From: Fonticula-like sp. SCN 57-25
Taxonomy: Eukaryota
Direction: 5' to 3'
Length of the DNA: 64,000 nucleotides
NCBI GenBank assembly: GCA_001724245.1
Contig: MEDX01000011.1
Coordinates: 1-64,000 of the forward strand
The translations under genes were made by a program, and so were the position numbers. Positions within the stretch are counted from its first letter, which is position 1. The number at the start of each line of letters is the position of its first letter. Positions 24,991 through 37,064 of the stretch are shown here, one piece after another. The notes under the pieces are model-generated. The model was not told where the DNA came from, did no database searches, and saw nothing but the letters and a program-made list of their open reading frames with translations.

Positions 24991-25095
24991 CTTTCGGTGG
25001 TGGGCGATGACGAACGTCGCTAAAGGTGATTTGTGTCACCTCGTGTACGAATCTGTGACGTAGATGAATCTCTGTTGTCCGATTGGGTGAAATCG

Positions 25096-25105
25096 GTGAC
25101 GTCAC
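25096..25105. promoter_or_regulatory. Palindromic CRE/ATF-type site in the PHB1/importin-beta divergent promoter
   Basis: GTGACGTCAC, next to a reverse CCAAT box (GATTGG at 25081). Confidence 0.4.
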
Positions 25106-25296
25106 GGCCGTTCAACTACGCGCGCCTTTCTCGCACCTCGCCTTGCTGCAGCGGAGAAGAGGGCACGCGAGAGGAAGGGAAAAACCAATCCTTTCTTCCA
25201 CCGGCGTGCTATTCGTTTGCCACAAGGGGACTACCCGGCGTATTCAGTGTATATTTGACGCTCTAGCTTTGCGTCCCTGCGCGCTTGAAAGTCGAA

Positions 25297-28294
25297 ATGG
25301 CCACTCCTGCCGAGCAGCTCGGGCAAAACCTGCTCCACTCGATTGGCATCGGTACGACCTGCTTTACGAGAACGACCCGTGCGCCTGGTGCTCACCGCTG
25401 TGCTAGATAACAATCTTCGTGTTGCCGCCGAGCAAAACCTTCAGCTTGCCGCCAAGGAAAACTTGGTACGTGCCGGCCTTTGCCGCGCCTGCCCCCGTTG
25501 ACCGTCGTGCTGATGAGTGATATCAATAGGCCCTGTACCTTGACCTTCTCGTGTCCGAGCTGAGCAACTGGAATGGCAACGCGGACGTGCGCCGTGCGGC
25601 CGGTCTTGCCGCCAAGAACGCGCTCGTCTCGCGCGACCTTGCCCTCAAGGCGGAGACTGACCAGCGCTGGCTCTCGCTCGCCGCTGACCTGCGCGACTCG
25701 ATCAAGCAGAAGGTACACTTTGGGCACTGGGCGTCCATCGTTAGTAACACGGTGCATCTTAGGCTGTTAGCACGCTTTCTACGCCCGAGCCCGCGGTCGG
25801 TGCCGTCTCGGCGCAGCTCGTCGCCGCCATCGCCTCGATCGAGCTCCCGATCGGCCAGTGGGGCGATGTCATGCGCATTCTTTCAGAGGCCGTGACGAAC
25901 CCCCAGAGCGCCGCGCACATGAAGAAGGCCGCTCTTGAGGCGATTGAGTTTATTTGCGAGGATATCGTACGAGGACGCGCCGCGCTGTAGGTCCTAGACT
26001 AACTCTGTTGTAGCCTTCGGAGGCCCTTGATGCGTACTCCAACATGGTGCTCACTGCCCTTGTTGCCGGCGCGCGCCCCGAGGAGCCCAATGAGGTCCGC
26101 CGCGCCGCCATGAGCGCGCTCGGTGGTGCCATCCGCTTCTTTGACAAGAACTTTAAGCTGGAGGCGGAGCGCAACTACATCATGCAGATCGTCTGCCAGG
26201 CCACGCAGAGCCCCGACACGCAGGTGCTCATCAAGGCGTACGAGTGCCTTGTCAAGATCATGGCGTACCAGTATGAGGTCATGGCGCCCTACATGGACGT
26301 TGCCCTCGTTGGCGTACGCACAGCTTTTCGTCTTTCCGGCCTTATCTAAACGTGTGCTCTTTGCAGCTTACAATTGTCGCGATGAAGTCGCAGGACAATG
26401 ACGTTGCCATGCAGGGTATTGAATTCTGGTCGACCGTGTGCGAGGAGGAGCTGAACATTGTTATGGAGAACGCCGAGGCCATGGAGTCGAACCAGCCGCC
26501 GCCGCGCCAGTTCCACAATTTCGCGCAGGCCGCCCTGCCGCAGATCGTCCCTGTGCTGACGCACCTCTTGACTCAGCAGGAGGAGGGCGACGACGAGGAC
26601 GACTGGAACGCCTCGATGGCCGCCTCGACGTGCCTGACGCTGCTCACCAACTGCGTAACTGACAACATTCTCCCGCACATCCTCCCGTTCGTCGAGAGCA
26701 ACATTGCCAGCCAGCGGTGGCAGCAGCGCGAGGCCGCCGTAATGGCCTTTGGCTGCGTGCTCGAGGGCCCCGACCCCCGCAAGCTCGAGCCCATCGTCAC
26801 GCAGGCGCTCCCCGAGCTCGTGAACCGCATGAACGACCCCAACATTGCCGTCCAGGACACCGCCGCGTGGACCATCGGTAAGGTCTGCGAGGTCATGGGC
26901 GACAGTAACGACGGCAACAGCGTCCTCAACCAGGCCGCCATCGACGCCATCGTGCCCGTCCTGCTCCACGGACTCAAGAAGCCCGCCCGCGTCGCGTCCA
27001 ACTGCGCCTACGTACGATTCCTTGAATCTATTTCCACTGTGTTGCTGACCCTCTGACCGCCGCAGGCCCTCATGAACCTCGTGGAGCAGCTCGGCTACGA
27101 GTACGCCGAGCCCGAGAATCTCCCGTCGTTTGCCCTTTCAAAGTTCTTCTCTGACATAATCACCGCCCTTGTGCAGGCTGCCGATCGGTACGACAATGGT
27201 CTCTTTTACCCCGCTCTTTACTGACGCTTTTGTGCTTGTTTTTCAGCCCCGATGGCAGCTCGCACAACCTGCGCTCGATCACCTACGACGCCCTTTCACA
27301 ATTCGTCAGCTTCACTGCCGGCGACACCTTCCCGGTTCTTATCCAGCTCATTGAGGTTATGCTTCAGAGGTTAGAGAGCTCTGTTTCTGCGTCTGCGACT
27401 GCGCCGTCTGCGGAGAACCAGGAGCTGCAGAGCAATTTGTGCATTGTGCTCCAGGCGCTGACGCGCAAGCTTCGCCTGCACGTGCAGCCGTACGCCGACC
27501 GGATGATGACTGTCTACCTGCACATGTTCTCGAACACGACGTCGGGGAAGCAGGCGACGATTCAGGAGGACGCGCTGACTGCCGCCGCGAGCCTCATCGC
27601 CGCCATCGGCAGCGACTTTATGCGCTACCTCCCTGCGTTTGTGCCGTTTGTGTGCCAGGCGCTGCAGAACACGTCCGAGGCGTCGCTGTGCCAGATTGGC
27701 GTCGGCATTGTCGGCGACCTTGCGCGCAACCTCGGCGAGGCGATTGAGCCCTTCTGCAACCAGCTGATGACGCTCCTGCTGCAGGCGCTGCAGAGCAACA
27801 CGCTGCACCGCTCCGTCAAGCCGACCGTCATCGCCGCTTTTGGCGACGTTGCTGTTGCCATCAAGGGCGGCTTTGCGCCGTACGCGAGCGTCTGCTTTGA
27901 GGTGCTGCGCCAGGCCGCGCAGGTGCCCGCCAACCCGGACAACTATGAGCAGCACGAGTACGTCGGGCAGCTGCGCGAGGGCATCCTCGAGGGCTACTCT
28001 GGCATCGTGCAGGGCACCAAGGACGTGCAGCTGCTCGTCCCGCAGGCCGAGTTCATGCTCGTGTTCATGGCCGATTCGTTCAATGCCTTCCACTACGACT
28101 CGATGGTCCAGAACGTCGTCGCCCTGCTGGGTGACCTCTGCGACGTGTGCGGGTCGACCATCGCGCCGCTCCTCAAGCAGCACAACGAGTGGATCAAGTC
28201 GGCACTCAGGCGCGCGCGCGCGTCCAACAACCCGCAATCAAAGGAGCTCGCCGGATGGACCAACAGCAAGTTCCAAAAGGCCCTGTCAGGCTGA
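25297..28294 (+). CDS. KPNB1: Importin subunit beta-1
   Basis: AGLAAKNAL, ERNYIMQIVCQATQ, QGIEFWSTVCEEE, DDEDDWNASMAASTCL, REAAVMAFG, LHRSVKP and LREGILEGYSGIVQG. Confidence 0.96.
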
Positions 28295-28752
28295 ATTGAC
28301 AACTAAAAAGATTGGATAATTCGCTTTTTTGTTCATTTTGCTGTGGACTGCGGCTCAAATTTTCTTTTCTCTCTACCTCTTAATCTCTTAATATCAGGAA
28401 AACTCTACATTGCCAAAATTATCTCGCTGCTCTTTTGATGCCCGCTCGCACCACACAAGGAGGCGATTGTTTCCCCGCTCGTTGACAGTTTGTAACTCGA
28501 CGTAATGAAATCAAAACTATTAAAGCATTAGGAGAGCTACGAGTGTGCCCACTATGCCGAGTGCAGATCTGTGCATCTTGGCAGCATCTTGGTACTGAAG
28601 CTCCGAGATTCCAAGATGTTCCTGTGATTCCAGCCCTGATTTTTCAATGGTGACAAAATGCTGACATGTCGGGTCGGCCTGCTCGATCTACCACTCCATC
28701 GGCTAGAGACGGTGAGAGACTGGGTGGGTAGCCAGCGAAGAGGCCGCATGAA

Positions 28753-30522
28753 ATGATGCTTTCGTCATGTAGTAGTTCCAATTTTCTCAAGACTCTTGAA
28801 TTAACGAATTTCAAGCGCTTTGCAAACATTTCCGTGCCGCTCGGCCCGAGCCCGCAGGTAATCATTGGCCGCAACGGTGCGGGCAAGACACAAATCCTCC
28901 ACGCCATCCTCTTCTACTTGCGAGCATACAACAAGCAATTTTCGGACTTGAAGGAGCCGTTCTACGTTGGCTCTGACGAGCTTTTCGGCGAAACCTTTTA
29001 TTTGGGCGACGTGAACGACGTTAGGGAATCCTTTGCTCGGCAACAGCAGTATCCTGCTGCTCGGAGCTTTTCTTTAAAGGGCACTTTTGGCGATGCCACA
29101 ACCAGCACTTTTGATTATACTCCTATGGGAGGATTAGTATTAAAGGAGACCGATCTTCGACCAAAGCGCGACTATGTTCGCTTTGCGTTCGTGCAGCCAA
29201 CCTACCAATGGGGTACCGAACGCAAGGAGAGCTACGCCACCAGGTCCCCCCAACCCCTCACTTTCCTCACGACTGGGGCGCAGCACATGCGCTGTCGCTT
29301 ATATGACTTGTCAAGTGAAGACAGAGATTTCATCGCGTCGCGCATGCAGGAGATTATTGGGTTTGACCTCTCATTTGAATTCGGCAAATTGTTGCGCACG
29401 TTTGTGGTTGACAGATCCAACAACACGCGTCTTGAAATCGCACTGTGCGGCGCCTCTCTGCAGAAACTTGTCGCCCTTTATATTTGTTTCTGTACACTGC
29501 GCACATCTGAGTTTCCGCAGCGCATTTTACTGCTGGACGAACCCGAGACACATTTGTGCGACAACGTCACAGATCGCCTTTTCCGCGCACTTGTCGCAGA
29601 CTGCGGCTCGAGTGGTGTGCAGCTGATTCTCACAAGCAACTCGCCAGTGATTATCAATCAAGTGGACCCCGCAAATCGTCTGTACCTCTCTTCCGTTTCT
29701 CCGTACGCGATGTCGTCTCCGTCGGTCGAGTACTTTTCCGAGCTGGCGCAGCTTTCAAGCAGTGGCAAGGCGGTGCTCGTCGTTGACGGACCGCATGACC
29801 GCGAGTTTGTGTTCAAGTTCATGCCAGAGATAACAGACGCTTATCAGATTATCGTCCAACAGGTTGACTGGGTGTCACGCAAGAAGATGGCGGCGGCTGT
29901 GCGCCACGAGATGAAGACAAAGATTGCGTTTCTCAGCGACAGTGGGATGCTGGCAACGCTGCCTGATGATGATGTGCAGCGCATTGAAATCGACTTGAGC
30001 GCGCATGTGAGCTCTGGTGCTAAAGCACGTGACGCCTGCGTGGTGTTGCAGCCGCTGCCTTCGATTGAGGCATATCTCCTTCTCTCTGCCTACTTGAATG
30101 GCAGCGAGGATGTGCGGCGGTCTTTCTGCCAATGCTTGATGGAATATGTGCAGAAAGGTTCATCGGCCGCTTCCTTTTCCGTCAACTTTAAAAAAACGTT
30201 CAGTGGTGTAAAGAATATTAGTGTACAGCGGAAACTTTCAACTGACCTAATGGATCAGTGCTGGGCTCGGCATGCTCGTAGCGCCTTCCTCGAGCCGGAC
30301 CAAGTGAATATTGAATCGCTGCTTCGCGTTGTTCAGGGCCATGACGTTGTTTCCAAGCTTTCGAGAACTATTTTTTCCGGTGTTGCCAATATGTCATCAA
30401 AGGCGAAAAGAAACATTTCGACATCAACTCTCGTCGAGTTGTCTGCCCCGCTTCATGCTGACGTGCTGGAACGCTTCATTACCCCAGTAAAGAGTCGGCT
30501 GCTGAACTTTCTCGCGAATTAG
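28753..30522 (+). CDS. ABC-type ATPase (AAA_15/AAA_21-like) fused to a TOPRIM-like domain; OLD-family / fused PARIS-like protein
   Basis: Intronless 589 aa. LELTNFKRF; Walker A GRNGAGKT (28867); signature-like CGASLQ; Walker B/D-loop LLLDEPETHL (about 29527); switch LTSNSP; TOPRIM-like VLVVDGPHD (29782), FLSDSG, SIEAYL and GHD. Confidence 0.8.
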   Translation: MMLSSCSSSNFLKTLELTNFKRFANISVPLGPSPQVIIGRNGAGKTQILHAILFYLRAYNKQFSDLKEPFYVGSDELFGETFYLGDVNDVRESFARQQQYPAARSFSLKGTFGDATTSTFDYTPMGGLVLKETDLRPKRDYVRFAFVQPTYQWGTERKESYATRSPQPLTFLTTGAQHMRCRLYDLSSEDRDFIASRMQEIIGFDLSFEFGKLLRTFVVDRSNNTRLEIALCGASLQKLVALYICFCTLRTSEFPQRILLLDEPETHLCDNVTDRLFRALVADCGSSGVQLILTSNSPVIINQVDPANRLYLSSVSPYAMSSPSVEYFSELAQLSSSGKAVLVVDGPHDREFVFKFMPEITDAYQIIVQQVDWVSRKKMAAAVRHEMKTKIAFLSDSGMLATLPDDDVQRIEIDLSAHVSSGAKARDACVVLQPLPSIEAYLLLSAYLNGSEDVRRSFCQCLMEYVQKGSSAASFSVNFKKTFSGVKNISVQRKLSTDLMDQCWARHARSAFLEPDQVNIESLLRVVQGHDVVSKLSRTIFSGVANMSSKAKRNISTSTLVELSAPLHADVLERFITPVKSRLLNFLAN

Positions 30523-30863
30523 GCAAGCACGAATGGGGTCTAGCCGCCACGCTGCTTCAGCTGTCTCTAGGCGGTGAGCCATCATCTATCAGTCTATCAG
30601 TTTGTGTTTTTCATTGGTAAAAGTAGAATCTCTCTCGATCAATAGTAATATTGCTTTTAGGCACATAGTATTTTCTCTGAATCGCCAAGCATTAGAAATT
30701 GCTATGATGAGACGATTTTACAATTTTATCTTTATTCTAATCTGTGATTCTGACATTGTAGGTGTGTAACACCCATACGAAAATATAAAATCAATACACG
30801 TCAATACACCCTCAGTCTGCCCATTAAAGCCTCATTGTACTGTGCTTCACATTCGCCCTACTT

Positions 30864-32818
30864 TTACCGGAATCGCCTGAGGCTGAGCAGCGTCGTGATG
30901 ACGCGCTCCTCGGCGACCTCCATGCGCGCGGCCACCTTGTGGATGCGGAGCGCCTCGGCGGGAGACGTCGTGTGCGACATCTTGTCGAGCACGTCCAAAT
31001 CTACACAGTGTGTCAGCACATTTTCCGCTTATCATGTGTCATTGAGCGCACCCTGCTCGTTTGTCTCGACGAGCAGCCGCTGCCTCAGCTTGCAGATTGT
31101 TCCGATGCACTCGCGCGTGCACTGCATCACGGCATCGTCGAGCGACGCGCGGAAGAGGAAGAATGTGCGCGAGACGGCGCGGTCGGGCGTCTTGGGGATC
31201 TCTTGCAGGCTGAGGAAGCCCGCGCTCATCATTGTGTACAGCTTGGAGCGCGCCTCATTCACGGCCACCATCGCCATTTGCGCCACCTATAAAGCACATT
31301 AGCAACAAGGTATAAAAAGGCATGGCAGCGCACCGTCTTTTGTTCGAGAAACTTTTTGTCGAGCAATATCCTAAACATGCGCCGCGACGCCGCGCCAAAC
31401 TTTTCCAGCACAATTGACTCGACCTGCGCCTGTTGTAGCGTGGCAAGGACGCGCTCGGTATCTGCGGCAAGCGCGTCAGCTTCGCAACATAACAGTTTTC
31501 CTGACGTACTGATGGCGTATGTCCCGCCGCCAATGTCGTCGATGCGGCTCAAAAAGCCCGCGGCGTCGTGCGTCAGCAGCTCGAGGTAGACGTCGAGCGT
31601 CGACTCGAGCGGGTCGGGCGACGTCCACCGGTGCCGCAGCGCCTGCACAAGCTGGTGATGTGTCACTGACGCTGAAACGGCGTCAGAATTCACATAAAGA
31701 GACGCGTAAAGGATTGACAAGACACGAAAAAGAGGAGAACTACAAGGAAAAAGGCGCATACCGGTCATTTTGCCGGGGGAAAAGAAGCCCTCGGCGGTGA
31801 TCTGCTTGTCGCCGAGCTGCACAACGCAGCCGAGGACGTCACCGGCAAACGGGCCGACCTTTTCCTTTGCAAAGCTGATGATGGCCGCCATGGCCAGGTG
31901 GTTCAGGAAGCGGTCCGTGCTGACGACCCACGGCACCTCGCCCGCGGGGATCGACGCCGATGGGGGGGCGCTCGCGACCGACGACGGCGGCGCAGAAGGC
32001 TCAACGCGGCGCTTCTTTGTCTAGAAAAAGGTGTCAGCAAGCAGCGCGTGGTCCACGTGGGGAGGGTACCTTGGAGGCATCGGCGCCATAGTCCTTTTCC
32101 TTGGGGGCGCCCTTGCTGTTGAGGCGCTCAATGTAGTGCTGCGCGGCGAGGGACTCGATGATCTCGTTCGTGCGTTGCTTTGACACTGAAAGAAAGAGAA
32201 CAAGTCAGAGAATGAAAGCAATGACAAGTGTTGTGTCGTACGTTTAAGGTGCTCGGCTTCGGCTAGGAGGACCTCGGTCGAGAGGGACCCGTGCAACAGA
32301 AGAAGGCGGATGACGGACGCATGCTGTGCACGATCGTAAGCAAAATATAAAACAAACATATAAAAAGGTCCAAAACAACAGCAACAACAACTACACGTAT
32401 AAACACTGGCGTACGTCTGCGCTAAAGAGTGACTCGGCCGCCGCGAGGAAGCGCGGGTAAAACAGGCGCAGGTGGACGCGAGGGACATCGAGTGTGTACA
32501 TGATGCTCGCCTTCACTGGCCCGCGCATGGAAACGTCCATGTCCCACTTGACAAGGCGCTGCTGAATTAGGACGAAAATGCCCGCCTGGACATGCTTGGA
32601 CTTTAGGCCCGTGTTCTTGACGATGGACGGCAGCGTTTGCCGCCCTTTCGACAAGAGACACTCGGCCATGGTCTGCCAAGGGAACAAAGTTTTGGTTAGT
32701 AAAAATGACAAAATAACATTCAATTATTCAGCGGAGCTATGTCGCTTCGCACCCCAACAAGCTCGCCATAATGATCGCCCACGAGCTCGCGGACCAACGC
32801 GACCTCGCTCGTTGCCAT
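30864..32818 (-). CDS. POLR3C: RNA polymerase III subunit RPC3 (RPC62/RPC82)
   Basis: LVGDHYGELVG|TMAECLLSKGR, VLIQQRLV, IVLEKFGAASRRMFRILLDKKFLEQK and LQEIPKTPDRAVSRTFFLF. Confidence 0.92.
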
Positions 32819-32930
32819 GCCCGCACCACGCACGATGCGTCGCAATGCGCAAACCGAGATGCAATCTGACGATGATTGGCGGAAATCCGGTGTGTCAGCG
32901 CTGTGGACGCCGTCGAGTGCCGTCGAGCGC

Positions 32931-34241
32931 ATGTTTGGGGTCGTCGTGCACGGTGCGCAAGAGATGCGGGAGGGGTGACAGCGCCAGGCCACTAATGCTT
33001 GCGTACCAGCCGGCGCTGGGTATCATAGTCCTGCCAATGAGCAAGTAAATATTGATGTCTGCAAGCGTGCGTGCGCCGCCGCGATGCGGGTGCTCGAGGC
33101 AGGCGGCTCTGCGCTCGATGCTGCAGAGGCGGCCGTCGTCGTATTAGAGGTGCGGCGCGCCGCGTGCGCTGTTTGCGCTAATGTGTTGTAATAGGACGAT
33201 CCAGTGACGAATGCGGGGCTCGGTTCGAACCTGACGATGCACGGGCGGGTCGAGTGCGATGCGGCGATCGTGGACGGCGTGACGGGTGCCATTGGCGCGG
33301 TGGGCGCCGCCCCGGGCATCAAGAACCCCGTCAAGGCGGCGCATGTGCTTTTAAAGCAGGATAGAGACAACAATTTACCACTTGGTCTTGTACCTCCAAT
33401 GTACGCCACCGCGACTGGTCGCTGCCATTGACACACCTATGTAGATTGCTGGTGGGTGAAGGCGCGTACCACTTTGCGGCCGAGCGCTCTTTAGATGTTG
33501 CCGATTCGCCCTCTAATCCGACATACTTGACAACAAGTGCGCATAATTGACCACTATACGACTGCTGACTCTGTGACAAGGCACGCGGCTGGCGTCGCAT
33601 GAGCGGCACCTCGCCCGCCTGCGCGACCACTCGACCTCGGTTGCGGACCGGTACGAGGAGGGTAACCACGACACCGTCGGGGCCGTCTGCATCGACGAAC
33701 GAGGCCATGTGGCAGCCGCTGTATCGTCCGGCGGCATGATTTTGAAGCAGCCCGGGCGTGTCGGCCACGTACGCAAAACACTGTTTTTGCGCTCCACTCG
33801 CTAATATCCACGCAGGCGTCGATTCCGGGGTGCGGCTGCCACGCCGCGATGCCCTCAGGCGCTGCCGTCGGAGTGAGCGTAACGGGAAAAGGGGAGCAGA
33901 TAATGAAGACGGCCTTGGGCCGCGTCGTGTGCGAGGCGGCGGCGTCGGCGGACGAGCCGCCATTGGCCGTGCGGTCGGTCGTCCGCGAGGCCTTTCTGGA
34001 CGCCCCGGCGCTCGCGCGATATCCGGAACGGGATGCCGGGCTGGTGCTCCTGCGTATGCGCGAGGGCGTGCTCGACGTGCTGTGGGCGCACACGACGCCG
34101 AGCATGATCGTCGCCTACGCGACGTCGCGGTCGAGAAAGCCGCGCGGTGTTGTTTCGCGCAAGGAGGCGCACGAACGGATTGTTGTTTCGGGTACAAAAT
34201 GTGTGTGCGGCGGCGAGCATGCAACAGTACAACTTATGTAA
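32931..34241 (+). CDS. TASP1: Threonine aspartase 1 (Taspase1, Ntn-hydrolase)
   Basis: VVHG|xAGYHS, LE|DDPVTNAGLGSNLT...ECDA and autocleavage site D/TVGAVC...AAAVSSGGMILKQPGRVG. Confidence 0.9.
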
Positions 34242-34393
34242 TTTTATAATAACTCGGTGAGCAAATAAAGGTGCTACAAGAACGCGCAAAGAGTATCGAC
34301 ACGATACATAAAAAACAACAAACGCCTTCTTGCGCTCCCCATCAGCGAGCATGGATCACGATGCGCGATACAAATAGACAACTTGATGCGAAT

Positions 34394-35690
<1,297 letters not shown>

Positions 35691-37064
35691 GTTGGACGCG
35701 ACGATCTGTGAGGAAAGTGAAAGTGCCGGAGAACTGAAGCAAAAAACCAAAGAAATGCCGCTGAAAAGGGCCGCTCCTGTTTCGGTTAACTGCGGACAGA
35801 CGTCACCCAAAAGGGGCCTGTCCGAAACCTTCCAGCAGGGGGACTGTGTACACGCTTTGAATCCGCGGTTTTGTATCAGCCAATCATATCGTCGGGAAAT
35901 TGCGATCAACCAATCACGAAAGGCGGACCCGTACAAGCAACGTGCGACTGCATGTGCCGCGGCGCAGTCTGATGCTATATGGAGAACATGCAGAACGTAG
36001 CTTGGCGTCCCCAGTGGCATGCAGCTATAAGTACTGAGTGAACCGTGTATTTTGTATCATGTTTTGTGGATGTGCTTCCAACAATAATCGCCGTGACACA
36101 TTAGATTCTGCACACTTGCTAAATGATGTGACGCCCTCGAGCAAGACTTTGATATGGCGCCAAGTGCCGCCGCATTTAAACGCGTTCTGCAGTGTTTTAC
36201 TGTGTACCGCCGTGTATTCGCTCCCTGCCACTATGGTATCCGATGCCGCGGTCGGAATTACACTATCAATCTGCTATCAATCTCCTTTTTGGGACGAGAA
36301 CGCTCGTTTCGACCAATAGATGAGGACCGGAACAAGTTGAGGCACCGCTGACCACCTGCCAGCGCCGCGGAATCCCCCCTTCACTGCGTTTGTTCGAGGA
36401 AACAAATGAAGCAGCCTAAAAGCGAAACAAACACGCGTCCGTAGAGCGCTTTTCAAAGACTTTTTGAAGTCACTAGGCGAGTTTAGTCGGAACATTCTTA
36501 TTTGACTTTATGGACGCAATAGCAAACCCGAACAATTACGAAGCGCAATAACAAAGTATATCAATTAAGCAGCATATTACACGTGGCGTGTACTTTTGCA
36601 CAAAACAGCGCTTTCCCTATTCGTACACCTCACGCGCAGCAAGGCCTTCAAACTGTCTTTGATTAATCCGTGGAGCACATATTCGATTTATCGACCGAGC
36701 AAGTTGCCGCTGCGCTTCGCTCCCTTCAGTGTATTGCACTGCCGCATAACACTGGTCACGCGCGTGAATAAATGAGCGTTTCCGCGTATCCGCCAGTGCC
36801 GCACGCCGCTTGTTTACACTCCCTACCCCCCGACCCTTTGTTTTGATCGATCACAGCATTGTCACAACATTGCGCATGCACGGTCCATTTTCAGATTCCT
36901 GAAAACCAAAGCGGCGTTCACGGCGGCCGACTGGCACCATCCCCGCGAAGTCTGGCCGAGCACTAGCAAGCCCGCAGCAGCAACAGTTTACGTCAGTGCG
37001 TGCGGCTGTGTGTCTATTTCTAGTGGATCCTTGCGGGAAACGGACCGTCCGGTGATTCGGAGCG

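Noticed and set aside
28455-28535. TTGACA and AGGAGG/AGGAG upstream of the ATPase-TOPRIM gene as a relic bacterial promoter/RBS
   Set aside because: No -10 box at proper spacing, and the SD-like words are more than 200 bp from the start codon; compatible with chance.
28753-30522. Calling this ORF SMC/Rad50/RecF
   Set aside because: No long coiled coil between Walker A and B, and a TOPRIM-like C-terminal half is present.
28300-30830. Transposon boundaries around the ATPase-TOPRIM gene
   Set aside because: No terminal inverted repeats, target-site duplication or transposase seen by eye.
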